A program made the translations under genes and the position numbers. From positions 1,120,001 through 1,184,000 of the forward strand of contig CAWBZV010000005.1 of the NCBI GenBank assembly GCA_963793305.1: a stretch of DNA of 64,000 nucleotides, in the 5' to 3' direction. The notes under the pieces were generated by a model. The model was not told where the DNA came from. It did no database searches and saw nothing but the letters and a program-made list of their open reading frames with translations. This document shows positions 41,294-52,417 of the stretch, one piece after another; the first letter of the stretch is position 1; each line of letters begins with the position of its first letter. This DNA comes from an uncultured Gemmatimonadales bacterium (GTDB lineage Bacteria > Gemmatimonadota > Gemmatimonadetes > Gemmatimonadales > Gemmatimonadaceae).

Positions 41294-42008
41294 TGTAATT
41301 GCGCTACTCGCGTTGCAGGCCGACGATGCGGCGATTCTGGAGCTCGAGGAGCGGATGGCGGCGCTCGAACCGCGCGCGAAGGCGCTCGATGAGGCGCGCC
41401 GCAAGGCGCTCGACGCGGCGCAGCGGTCGCACACGGCGGTCGACGATGAGGAAAAGCGCCGCCGCGACCTCCACGCGCGCATTACCCAGCACAAGCAGCT
41501 GCACGAGCGCAACGTCGCCCAGCTCGACGCGGTGAAGAAGGTGAAGGAAGCCACCGCGGCGATGTCTCAGGTCGAACAGGCGCGGCGTATCCTCGCCGAG
41601 GAAGAGAGCGAGCTCGCGACGTTGTCGCGCCGGATCACCGAGCTCACCACCGTCCGCGACAACCACGAGCACGCGCTCGCGGATCTCGACCACCGGCACG
41701 CCGAGGATCGGGCGTCGATCGCGTCGCAGCGCGCCGAGATCGAGGCCGCGTTGACGACCGCGCGCGCCGCGCGATCCGACAAGGCCGCCGGCGTCAACCG
41801 ACCCCTCCTCGCGAAGTACGACCGTATCCGATCGGTCCGGAAACGGGGCGCATTGTTTTCGCTGCGCGGCCCGTCGTGCGGGAACTGCGATACGAGCGTG
41901 CCGATGCAGCGTCGGAACCTCATGGCCGCGCGCGGCAACATCGAAGTATGCGAGCAGTGTGGTGTGCTGCTCTATGCCGACGTGGCGTCTGCAGAAGGAG
42001 CCGCCTAG
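41280..42008 (+). CDS. Coiled-coil C4-type zinc ribbon protein (DUF164/CT398-like)
   Basis: Long coiled coil, YDRIR, CGNC...CEQCG. Confidence 0.85.
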   Translation: MVHPDVIALLALQADDAAILELEERMAALEPRAKALDEARRKALDAAQRSHTAVDDEEKRRRDLHARITQHKQLHERNVAQLDAVKKVKEATAAMSQVEQARRILAEEESELATLSRRITELTTVRDNHEHALADLDHRHAEDRASIASQRAEIEAALTTARAARSDKAAGVNRPLLAKYDRIRSVRKRGALFSLRGPSCGNCDTSVPMQRRNLMAARGNIEVCEQCGVLLYADVASAEGAA

Positions 42009-42017
42009 CTTCCGCGC

Positions 42018-43713
<1,696 letters not shown>

Positions 43714-43733
<20 letters not shown>

Positions 43734-44237
43734 GTGGCGAGGTCGCGTGATCGCCGCTCCACCGGGCGACGCCGTGCGTCCCACCACGGACCGCGTGCGC
43801 GAGGCGTGGATGAGCATCGTGCAACCCTGGCTCCCCGGCGCCCGCGTCGTCGACCTCTTCGCCGGCTCCGGTGCGCTCGGCCTCGAAGCCCTGTCCCGCG
43901 GAGCCATCTCCTGCGACTTCGTCGAATCGTCTCCGAAAAGTCTGGTCGCACTGCAAGCGAACATCGCGAAGCTCGATGCGTCTGCCTCGTTCACCGAGTC
44001 CACCGTATGGACGCCGTGAAGTACGCGTTCATACGAGCCGAAGGCGAGTATGACGTGGGATTCGCCGATCCACCATACGACCGTGGCCTGGCGCCGGCGC
44101 TCGCTGAGCGCTGGCTCGAGGTGCCGTTCGCAACGGTCCTGGGCATCGAACACTCGGTGCGTGAGGAGTTGCCGCCGAGTGGTGAGACGAGACGGTACGG
44201 GACGACGGCCATAACTTTCTACGGACTGCTCCGATGA
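43714..44237 (+). CDS. rsmD: 16S rRNA m2G966 methyltransferase, -1 frameshift near 43985-44000 (about 174 aa if repaired)
   Basis: RIVAGEWRGR, RPTTDRVRE, DLFAGSGALGLEALSRG, then FADPPY and RRYG in another frame. Confidence 0.88.
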
Positions 44238-44716
44238 ACGTCACGGGCATTTACGCTGGCAGCTTCGACCCGATCACTCGGGGCCACGAAGACTTGATGC
44301 GACGGAGCCTCGAATTCGTGGACCGCTTGGTGGTCGCGGTCGCCGTGAACTCCTCGAAGCAACCGCTGTTCACGATCGACGAACGCCTGGAGTTGATCCG
44401 CGCGGCCGTCGCCGACGAGCCACGGATCGAGGTCCGCCAATTCCCGGGCCTCTTGGTCGACTTCGCCACGTCGGTTGGAGCCCGGATCGTGATCCGGGGT
44501 CTAAGGGCGGTAAGCGATTTCGAGTACGAATTTCAGATGGCGCTCATGAACCGGCACTTATCCGGGCACTTAGAGACGGTTTTCATGGTTCCTTCGCTGG
44601 ATATGACCTACGTCAGCTCCAGTATCGTCCGCGAGGTCGCCCGCTACGGTGGCGACGTCTCGGCGCTCGTGCACCCCCGCGTGGCCGAGGCCATGCGGCG
44701 CAAGTTCGCCCAGTGA
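44234..44716 (+). CDS. coaD: Phosphopantetheine adenylyltransferase
   Basis: GSFDPITRGH, RGLRAVSDFEYE, VSSS. Confidence 0.96.
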   Translation: MNVTGIYAGSFDPITRGHEDLMRRSLEFVDRLVVAVAVNSSKQPLFTIDERLELIRAAVADEPRIEVRQFPGLLVDFATSVGARIVIRGLRAVSDFEYEFQMALMNRHLSGHLETVFMVPSLDMTYVSSSIVREVARYGGDVSALVHPRVAEAMRRKFAQ

Positions 44717-45732
44717 CAGTCGCGGAGGCCGCCCTCTCGGCTTCGACGTTCCTCGCCGACGTCAGAGCACGCGCTGCCCGTACGGCGCGAACGATCGTCT
44801 TCCCGGAAAGCGGGGACCCCCGTACCCTGGAGGCGGTCCGGACGCTCCTCGCGGACCACGTGGTCGAACCGATCCTGATCCTGGACCCGGCGCACCGAGA
44901 TACCCACGCCGCCGCGCGCAGCGCGGCGCGCGCCATCGACCCGTGCCGAGACCCGAGACGGGAGCAAGCCGCCGATTGGCTCGCCGCATCCCCGCGCGCC
45001 ACGAAGCTGTCCCCGGATGAAATCAAGAAGCTGGCCGTCACCCCCCTGTACTTCGCGGATGCCTTGGTAAGGGCCGGCGATGCCCATGGCTGCGTCGCCG
45101 GTGCGGTGCACACGACGGCCGATGTCGTCAGGGCCGCCCTCCGCATGATCGGCCCGGCGCCGAACGTCACGACCGTCTCGAGCGCCTTCTATATGGTGCT
45201 GCCCGACGGCCGAATCCTGACGTTCACCGACTGCGCCGTCGTCCCGCTACCGACCGACGCCCAGTTGGCCGACTCGGCCGAGGCCGCGGCCGACGACCGT
45301 CGTCGTATCGTCGGCGACGTGCCAAAGGTGGCATTCCTCTCATACAGCACGCACGGCAGCGCCGGCGGCAAATCCGTCGAGCGCGTCCGCCGCGCGGTCG
45401 CGCTGCTCTCCGCACGGCGCCCCGATCTGGCGATCGACGGCGAGCTGCAGGCCGACGCCGCCCTCGTCCCAGAGGTCGCGCGGCGCAAAGTCGGTGCCGA
45501 TGGGGGTCCGGTCGGCGGCACGGCGAATGTGCTCGTGTTTCCATCGCTCGACGCCGGGAACATTGCCTACAAACTGGTCGAACGCCTGGCCTCCGCCGTC
45601 GCGGTGGGGCCGATCTTGCAAGGACTCGCGCGGCCCTGCTCCGATCTCTCGCGCGGGGCGGGTCCGCATGACATTATCAATGTGGCGGCGATTACCGCGC
45701 TGCAAGCCACGACGTTGGGAGAGCCGACATGA
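44713..45732 (+). CDS. pta: Phosphate acetyl/butyryltransferase (PTA_PTB)
   Basis: IVFPE, DCAV, FLSYST.GS, DGELQAD, ANVLVFP.L.AGNI.YK, GPILQG, DLSRG. Confidence 0.9.
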   Translation: MTVAEAALSASTFLADVRARAARTARTIVFPESGDPRTLEAVRTLLADHVVEPILILDPAHRDTHAAARSAARAIDPCRDPRREQAADWLAASPRATKLSPDEIKKLAVTPLYFADALVRAGDAHGCVAGAVHTTADVVRAALRMIGPAPNVTTVSSAFYMVLPDGRILTFTDCAVVPLPTDAQLADSAEAAADDRRRIVGDVPKVAFLSYSTHGSAGGKSVERVRRAVALLSARRPDLAIDGELQADAALVPEVARRKVGADGGPVGGTANVLVFPSLDAGNIAYKLVERLASAVAVGPILQGLARPCSDLSRGAGPHDIINVAAITALQATTLGEPT

Positions 45733-46061
45733 GTTTTTCGATCACGAAGCACGGAGAGGTTGTTGTGGTCGACGTAGAGGGGCAGTTAATCGTGGGAAAT
45801 CGTCAGGAACTGAAACAGAAGGTTCTCGATGAGCTCGAGAAGGGCGAGCGGAAGTTTCTGATCGACTTCACGCGCACCGGCTACATCGACAGCTCCGGGC
45901 TCGGCGTGCTCGTGTCGCTGTCCAAGAAGATTCGCGAGCAGGGCGGGGAACTGCGGCTCGCGAACTTGAACGATGACCTCAAGACGTTGTTCGAGCTCAC
46001 GAAGCTCGACACGTTGTTTCAGATCGCCGACACGCGGGAACGCGGGCTCCAAAGCTTTTGA
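45729..46061 (+). CDS. STAS-domain anti-sigma factor antagonist (RsbV/SpoIIAA-like)
   Basis: YIDSSGLGVL phosphoacceptor motif. Confidence 0.92.
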   Translation: MSFSITKHGEVVVVDVEGQLIVGNRQELKQKVLDELEKGERKFLIDFTRTGYIDSSGLGVLVSLSKKIREQGGELRLANLNDDLKTLFELTKLDTLFQIADTRERGLQSF

Positions 46062-46504
46062 TGGCTCGCGCCCGGGATCCACTCGATTCCATGCGCGTCG
46101 TGATCGAGCTGGAAGTCCCGAATGATGTCCGAAGAATCGAACAGATCGTGGAGCTCGTGAGTCGTCAGATTCGCGAGCTCGACTTTCCGGCGCGCGCCTG
46201 CTCGCTGAACATCCCGGTCGCGCTCTCGGAAGCTTTATCGAACGCCATGCTGCGCGGCAACGCGGATGACAGCGCCAAGCACGTCCGGGTGCGCGCCCTC
46301 GTCGACAAAGCCGCCCTCGTGCTCGAGATCACCGACGAGGGCGTCGGGTTCGACCTCGACCGTTGCACCCGCGACCCGACCACGCCCGAGAACGTCGTGC
46401 GCGAGGACGGGCGTGGCCTGTATCTCATGCACCAGCTGATGGACCGCGTGGAGCGCTATACCGACGGTGGCAACGTCGTGCGCCTCACGCTGAAGCGCCC
46501 GTGA
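46061..46504 (+). CDS. Anti-sigma factor Ser/Thr kinase (RsbW-like HATPase)
   Basis: EALSNAM N-box, DEGVGF G1 box, GRGLYL G2 box. Confidence 0.9.
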   Translation: MARARDPLDSMRVVIELEVPNDVRRIEQIVELVSRQIRELDFPARACSLNIPVALSEALSNAMLRGNADDSAKHVRVRALVDKAALVLEITDEGVGFDLDRCTRDPTTPENVVREDGRGLYLMHQLMDRVERYTDGGNVVRLTLKRP

Positions 46505-48093
46505 GAGAGCAGGACCTGGGGGTCGTGCTCACGGCCTTCACCGACAGCACCCAGTGCGCCGCGTCGGTGTGGACGCAGTCGGACCCGTCCCGCCCACTCG
46601 TCCTCCTGGCCGCGTCACCCTCGACACCTGCGCCCCCGCCTTTGGACCAGTTGCCGGTCGGCGCCGAGCCGGCCGCGCTGTCTCCTGACCAGCTGATCGC
46701 GCGCGTCCCATCCGCCAAGCGCGCGTGGCTCGTGGTTGGTCCGGCGAAGTCAGCGGATCTGCCGCTCAAGCAGTTGTTGCGCTTCCTGGCCCCGGTTGTG
46801 TCGCAGATGCTGAAGACCGCCACCGAAGTCGAGCACGCGGCGGTCGAGCTGGCCGAGCGGTACGAAGAGATCAATCTCCTCTATACGATCAGCGAGATCT
46901 TGGGCCGCACGGTACGCCTCGAGGAAGCCGCGGCCACGATCCTCAAGGAGATTTCCGAGACGGTCGGCGCGCGCAAGGCTTCGATCCTCGTGCACGATCG
47001 CGTGACCGACACCCTGCAGGTGGTCGCCGCTATCGGCGTCCGCCCCGAGGACGCTCCGCCGATCGCCGCCGAGGATCCATGTAGCGTCTCGGCCCGCGTC
47101 TTCCGCACGCAACATCCGGTGATCGTCGACGGCGACGAAATGCCGTGCGATGCCGAAGCCGGCTATCGTCGCGGGATGATGCTCTCCGTCCCCATCATGT
47201 GGACCGCCCCGGATGGCGGTGAGCCACTCGGCGTCGTCAATCTCTCGGATCGCGGCTCCGGCAACCCATTCAGCGCCGGCGACCAAAAACTCGTCGCCGC
47301 GATCGCCACACAAATCGGCACGGCGATCCAGAACACACGCCTGGTCCGCGCCTCGCTGAATCAGCAGCGCCTCGTTCAAGAGATGCAGCTGGCTCACGAT
47401 CTCCAGATGCACCTGCTGCCCTCGGTCAACGCGGTGGCTCCAGAAGCCGACGTTGCCGCGCGCGTTGCACCGGCCGAGAGCGTGGGTGGCGATTTCTACA
47501 ACCTGTTCCGACTCGGCGCCGGCAACACTGGCGCGATGATCGGCGATGTCTCGAGCCACGGCTATCGCGCGGCGCTCATCATGGCCCTCGCCATGAGCGC
47601 CTCGGCGATCCACGCCCAGACAACGCTGGACCCAGCCGAAGCCCTTCGCTCTCTCTTGCTGTCCCTCCAAGATGAGCTCTCCAGCACCGAGATGTTCATC
47701 ACGGTCTTCTACGGCGTCGTCGATCGCGTGCGCGGCGAGTTGCGCTACGCGAACGCCGGCCACCCTCACGCCTTTATCGTTCGCGGCTCCGGCACGGTCG
47801 AACGCCTCGACGCGCTCGACCCGCCCCTTGGCCTGGGGATCGGCGCGCCGTCCGGCGCCACCCGCCCGTGGTCCCGTCGCGAAGACTTACTGGTCCTCTT
47901 CACCGACGGCGTAAGCGACGCCCGCAACCGCGCCGACGCCCGCCTCGGCGAGCAGGCCGTCCTCGACACCGTTCTCGAATACCGCGATCGTTCGCCGGCC
48001 GAGATCGTCGATCGCATCCACGAGCGCGTCACGAGCCACCGCGGCGATGTCCCATTGCGCGACGACCTGACGCTGGTCGTCCTGCGCAGTTGA
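46501..48093 (+). CDS. GAF plus PP2C (SpoIIE/RsbU-like) phosphatase
   Basis: GAF segment; VGGDFY, GDVSSHG, NAGH, FTDG, DDLT. Confidence 0.9.
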   Translation: MREQDLGVVLTAFTDSTQCAASVWTQSDPSRPLVLLAASPSTPAPPPLDQLPVGAEPAALSPDQLIARVPSAKRAWLVVGPAKSADLPLKQLLRFLAPVVSQMLKTATEVEHAAVELAERYEEINLLYTISEILGRTVRLEEAAATILKEISETVGARKASILVHDRVTDTLQVVAAIGVRPEDAPPIAAEDPCSVSARVFRTQHPVIVDGDEMPCDAEAGYRRGMMLSVPIMWTAPDGGEPLGVVNLSDRGSGNPFSAGDQKLVAAIATQIGTAIQNTRLVRASLNQQRLVQEMQLAHDLQMHLLPSVNAVAPEADVAARVAPAESVGGDFYNLFRLGAGNTGAMIGDVSSHGYRAALIMALAMSASAIHAQTTLDPAEALRSLLLSLQDELSSTEMFITVFYGVVDRVRGELRYANAGHPHAFIVRGSGTVERLDALDPPLGLGIGAPSGATRPWSRREDLLVLFTDGVSDARNRADARLGEQAVLDTVLEYRDRSPAEIVDRIHERVTSHRGDVPLRDDLTLVVLRS

Positions 48094-48118
48094 GCGGCGC
48101 CCTGGTCGCGTTGCGCAT

Positions 48119-48907
48119 TTGAGCCGCCGACTCGGCCAGCACTTTCTCACGGACCCTCGCGCGCTCGCGCGAATCGCCGACGCGCTCGCGCTCAGCGGCA
48201 CTGAAACCGTCGTCGAAATCGGTCCCGGCCGCGGCGCCCTGACCGAGCTCCTACTCGCCCGCGCCGCCCGCGTAGTCGCCATCGAACTCGATAAGCCGCT
48301 AGTCGAGCTGCTCCGCGGTCGCTTCGGTGCAGACAGTCGGTTCACGCTCGTCCACGCGGACGTGCTCGATGTCGCGCTCGCCGGCGCAGCCGGCGGCGTC
48401 CCATTCGCGCTGGCAGGCAACATCCCGTACTACATCACGACCCCAATTCTCTTCCACGCACTGGAACCACCAATGCCGCTACGCTCGGTGTTTCTCGTGC
48501 AGAAAGAAGTGGCCGAGCGCGTAGTAGCCGAACCGGGCTCGAAGATCTACGGTGCTCTCTCGGTGAACGTCCAAGCGCTCGCAGTCCCGCGTCTTGTAGC
48601 AAAAGTCCCGGCGGCCGCTTTCTCCCCACCCCCAAAGGTGGACTCGGCGATCCTCGCCATGGAACCCCGCGCCGAGCCTTTGATCACGGCAGCCGAGCAA
48701 TCGGGATTCTCCGAGATGGTCATCGCGACCTTCGGCCTGCGCCGCAAGCAGATGCGTCGTGTCGTGCGCACGCTGGCCGAATTGTCACCGGACGCGGCGG
48801 ACCAAATACTCAACGGTGCGGGAATTGACGCCGAGTCACGCCCCGAGACGCTCGCCCCCGGGAAATTCGCTGCGCTATACCGGCAGCTTGCCAATGTATC
48901 CACGTGA
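48119..48907 (+). CDS. rsmA: 16S rRNA dimethyladenosine transferase
   Basis: LGQHFL, EIGPGRG, GNIPYYIT, QKEVAER, F.PPPKVDS. Confidence 0.95.
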   Translation: MSRRLGQHFLTDPRALARIADALALSGTETVVEIGPGRGALTELLLARAARVVAIELDKPLVELLRGRFGADSRFTLVHADVLDVALAGAAGGVPFALAGNIPYYITTPILFHALEPPMPLRSVFLVQKEVAERVVAEPGSKIYGALSVNVQALAVPRLVAKVPAAAFSPPPKVDSAILAMEPRAEPLITAAEQSGFSEMVIATFGLRRKQMRRVVRTLAELSPDAADQILNGAGIDAESRPETLAPGKFAALYRQLANVST

Positions 48908-48917
48908 GACTACATTG
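48888..48917 (+). promoter_or_regulatory. TA operon promoter TTGCCA-17-TACATT with overlapping operator palindrome
   Basis: -35 at 48888-48893, -10 at 48911-48916, ATG 6 nt later; arms CAATGTA (48892-48898) and TACATTG (48911-48917) flank CACGTG. Confidence 0.7.
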
Positions 48918-48922
48918 CACGT

Positions 48923-49207
48923 ATGTTGAACGCCGGTATCCGGGAGCTCAAAGCGAATTTGAGCCGCTACCTGAAGCAGGTGGCGAAAGGTCGGATCGTG
49001 CTCGTCACTGACCGGGGTCGCGTCGTAGCTGAGTTGCGTGCGCCAGGGGGATCGAGCGCATCCGAGTTGCGCTGGCAGGAAATGGTCGCATTGGGCGCAA
49101 TCCGGCCCGCGTCCGACCCGGCCGATCGGTCATGGGCCAACTGGCCAGGATTGGGACTCCCGGCCGGCACGGCCCAAAAGATCGTCGACCTCGATCGCGA
49201 CGAATGA
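48923..49207 (+). CDS. Phd/YefM-family antitoxin
   Basis: GIRELKANLSRYL..V..G..V.VTDRG..VA N-terminal motif. Confidence 0.9.
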   Translation: MLNAGIRELKANLSRYLKQVAKGRIVLVTDRGRVVAELRAPGGSSASELRWQEMVALGAIRPASDPADRSWANWPGLGLPAGTAQKIVDLDRDE

Positions 49208-49644
49208 CCTCGCCCGCGCCGAGCCTGACGCTCTACGCGGAGACGAGCGCGGTGCTGCGCGTGGTGCTCGAAGGCGACAAATCACTGGGTACCATCTTGG
49301 CCGGCGCGACGCGGCTCGTCACATCGACTCTCACCTTCGTCGAGGCGGACCGCGGGCTTCGCCGAGCCCGGGCCGAGCGGCGTCTCGATACGCGCCAGTT
49401 CACTCGCGGCGAGCGGTGGCTCGCGCGCTTTGCTCGTGCCTGCGATGCCATGCCCCTCACGGATGCCGTGCTCGATCGCGCGAAGCGCGATTGCCCGGTC
49501 GAGCCGGTGCGCACACTCGACGCGCTGCATCTCGCGAGCATTCGGTTGTGGGACGAACGGATAGGCGAGATCACCGTTGCCTCGACTGACCAACGGGTGC
49601 GTGCGAACGCCGCGGCGTGGGGCCTCGCGCTCGTACCGCCGTAG
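49204..49644 (+). CDS. PIN-domain (VapC-like) toxin
   Basis: YAETSA, E, RTLDALHLAS, STD acidic PIN residues; ATGA coupling to the antitoxin. Confidence 0.88.
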   Translation: MTSPAPSLTLYAETSAVLRVVLEGDKSLGTILAGATRLVTSTLTFVEADRGLRRARAERRLDTRQFTRGERWLARFARACDAMPLTDAVLDRAKRDCPVEPVRTLDALHLASIRLWDERIGEITVASTDQRVRANAAAWGLALVPP

Positions 49645-49652
49645 CGACTATA

Positions 49653-50271
49653 TCAGGAGGCTGTCACCCTGCTGATCGCGCTTCCCGCCTCCCTCATGCT
49701 GCTGATCGCGGTGCAGGTTGGTCGATGGGCTGCGCAGTACAACTGTGCCAAGCGCGGCACCGGCTGGTCCTCGTGCACGGCAGCCAGCGTGAGCCCGTGT
49801 AGCGCTTGAACATGTTGCGCAACTGCGACCCGGATCCAAATCCGATTGCTACGGCGACGCGCTCGACGTGCTGATGGGTGGTGGCGATCATATGCGTGGC
49901 GACAAAGAGCCGGCACCACCCGATCGTGCCTCTGGTGTTGGCAGGTGCAAGCCTCGCATAAGGCGATAGAGGGTCCGGTCGCTCACTCGCAACGCCTCCG
50001 CCACCATGGTCACCGTCAGCCGTGACGTGGCGCCCATGGTGCACCAGGAAATAAGGGGCTGCTCCGGCGACGGTATCCACGGTAGGGCGCGATGCGCGGC
50101 CTCGGCGTGCATCGGTGCCGTCAAGGTCGCAGCGAGTGCCGTTCGCACGCCCCGCTCGAGGCTCTCGAATCCGAGGAGCGAGACGTAAGCGTCGATGAAT
50201 GAGACGTTGGCGACTGGCAGAGCGGCTCGTGCTACCGCGTCTCGATGCTCGCTCGTGGCAGGGGCGGCCAC
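49653..50271 (-). pseudogene. Decayed AraC-family transcription regulator (two -1 frameshifts near 49930 and 49795; N-terminal domain shortened)
   Basis: HTH1 VTMVAEALRVSDRTLYR, then GWCRL..A and HTH2 VERVAVAIGFGSGSQLRNMFKRYTG in the next frame, tail in a third frame. Confidence 0.7.
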
Positions 50272-50453
50272 GGTTGAAGTGGCAGGATCAGGTGCTGTGC
50301 CAGCGTTCGCGGGTACATTCTTGTCTCGCGAGCTGGGTTATACGGCCGGAGGCGCGGCTCTAGGTTTCATGACACCGTTTCTCGTCGCAGCTGTTGGCTC
50401 GGCGCAACCCTTCGGATGCACAGCGACCGCCCGATGACTTAACCGGGGACATT

Positions 50454-50726
50454 ATGCGGTCACCGAAAGCCGGCAATCGCGAAGCGAACGAAGCAGTCGC
50501 CGCTCGACGTAAGCGGGAACGATCGCGCTACGCGTGGCGGACATGGGTGCTCGGCGTCGGACTGCCCGTTGGACTCACCATGAGCATTGCGACGGTGTAC
50601 GCATTGCGCGGGCGGGTCATGCATTCGTTGTTGCAAGCCGCAATATCAGTCGCGCTTTCGACGCTCGTGGCGATGGGTCTCAGTTACGTCGCTGGCTTGT
50701 ATTTCTGGTCCCGAGAAGAGCACTGA
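50454..50726 (+). CDS. Small hypothetical membrane protein (2 TM)
   Basis: ATG after GGGG; basic N-terminus then two hydrophobic segments. Confidence 0.55.
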   Translation: MRSPKAGNREANEAVAARRKRERSRYAWRTWVLGVGLPVGLTMSIATVYALRGRVMHSLLQAAISVALSTLVAMGLSYVAGLYFWSREEH

Positions 50727-51065
50727 ATGCCGGCAGGTCGCAAGGCGGGCAACGTCTTTTCTTGGCGGTGCCCGCCCGGTGATCACTGATGATCTAGCTT
50801 GTGTGGTTCGCGCAGGGCGTGCGAGATCCTGCGCCCATGTCCACGTCCCGAGCCACGCGATTCTGCAGCGCGATTGCGAGAGTCGTGATGGCGGAGCCAA
50901 TCGTATGGCGCAGCGGCGCGAGCCCGTGAGATCTTAACCCTCGGTGATCGACGCGTCGCTCGTGATCGGGGTTGACCTGGCTCCGGGGACGGTGGTGTGC
51001 AGGTCGAGCGTGACCTTTACGACTCGCGCACGGAGACGCGCGTGCTCGTGCCGCGTGGGTCGCGG

Positions 51066-51476
51066 CTATGGCTGCTTTGTGGCAACCTCGCTCCGGTTCT
51101 GTGTACTGAGCCTCAGTCGCGGGGCGATCAACTCCAGCGCGACGAACAGCATGAAAAACGGCAGATAGAGGACGGCGACACGCTGCAAGGCTACGGTCCA
51201 GTTATGTCGCACCGCCTCGGGATAGAAGTAATGCGCGATACTCATAGCGAACATGGCCGGAAGTGTGACGACGAGAGTCCCAAGAGCCCCGCCCGAAATA
51301 CGCCGCCAGAGGATGGCCATGGGCGTGAAGAGCATTGCCAGGCCGATGCACGCCAATGGGATGGGGACCCGCCGCGCCGTAGTGACGATGATGACTACCG
51401 CCGTTGCGATCATGCAGAGTCCCATCGCGAGACGTACCTTCGCAGGTGTTCGGTGGTACCAGTTGTCGTTCGGCAT
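51066..51476 (-). CDS. Hypothetical membrane protein (about 4 TM)
   Basis: 136-aa ORF with four hydrophobic stretches. Confidence 0.6.
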   Translation of the reverse strand: MPNDNWYHRTPAKVRLAMGLCMIATAVVIIVTTARRVPIPLACIGLAMLFTPMAILWRRISGGALGTLVVTLPAMFAMSIAHYFYPEAVRHNWTVALQRVAVLYLPFFMLFVALELIAPRLRLSTQNRSEVATKQP

Positions 51477-51756
51477 AGCGACGTTGGGAATTTCCTCGGG
51501 GCTCTCCCGTCTCGCCAGAGCGGGTGGTTATGCGACGATTTCTACGGTCGGGACCTGCAGCAACTAGGAAATACGATTCCGCTGTGCTGCCGATTGGTGA
51601 CGCTCACTGTGGCAGGAGTAATGCTTTAGGTTTGGATCACCGACAAGGGTTCAGCGATCTTCGCCAGCCCCCAACGCCGCTACCGGTGCGGACGGCTCGG
51701 CTTGTTGGGTCGACGACGGCACCCTAGCCCCTGACGGTCGATAAGTCGGCGGAGCT

Positions 51757-52401
51757 TTAGCGCTCGATTCGATGCGCGAGCGCGTAGGACAGTACTTCGA
51801 GCTCGGCCGCCATATTCACCGCGCGCACGATGACGTCATCCGGCACGCGCAGCTGAATCGGCGCGAAATTCAGAATGCCGTGAATCCCGGCGCGCACGAT
51901 AAGCTCGCCCGTTTCCTGTGCCGCACCACCAGGGACGGCGAGCACCGCGATGTCGGGTCGTAAGACGTCGGCATCGCTCACCAGCTGCGCGATGTCGCGG
52001 ACCGAGTGCCCGTCCCATTGGGTGCCGATCTTCGCGGGATTGTTGTCGTACACGGCGACGACTCGGAACCCGCGATGACCGAAGCCGGAGTACTGCGCGA
52101 GCGCTGAGCCGATCTTACCGGCGCCGACGATCACGACTTGCCATTCGCGGCCGAGTCCCAAGATCTCGCGCAGGCGCGAGACCAGCTCGGGGACTGGATA
52201 TCCCAGTCCGCGTTTGCCAAAAGAGCCGAAGAACGAGAGATCTTTGCGAACCTGCGCCGAGGTGGTGCCGCCCAGCTTCGCCAGCGTCTCGCTGGAAATA
52301 GTAGCCAGCCCGCGCCCGCCGACCTCCTCGAGGTAGCGGAGGTAGAGCGAAAGTCGCCGGACAGTAGAGTCGGCAATGCGTCGGTTCGCGGCTCGTGCCA
52401 T
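51757..52401 (-). CDS. rex: Redox-sensing transcriptional repressor Rex
   Basis: RLSLYLR, ISS..L, QVRKDLSFFGSFGKRGLGY, GAGKIG, GILNFAP. Confidence 0.96.
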   Translation of the reverse strand: MARAANRRIADSTVRRLSLYLRYLEEVGGRGLATISSETLAKLGGTTSAQVRKDLSFFGSFGKRGLGYPVPELVSRLREILGLGREWQVVIVGAGKIGSALAQYSGFGHRGFRVVAVYDNNPAKIGTQWDGHSVRDIAQLVSDADVLRPDIAVLAVPGGAAQETGELIVRAGIHGILNFAPIQLRVPDDVIVRAVNMAAELEVLSYALAHRIER

Positions 52402-52417
52402 GTGAAATTATTCACAA
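52400..52417. promoter_or_regulatory. Rex operator ATGTGAA-ATTA-TTCACAA
   Basis: 13/14 match to TTGTGAA-N4-TTCACAA; overlaps the rex start codon. Confidence 0.85.

Noticed and set aside
50836..50913. Possible tyrosine-recombinase remnant on the minus strand (LRHT...WLG-VDM)
   Set aside because: Needs two arbitrary indels and no catalytic Tyr or upstream domain is visible; only a translated HMM search could rescue it.
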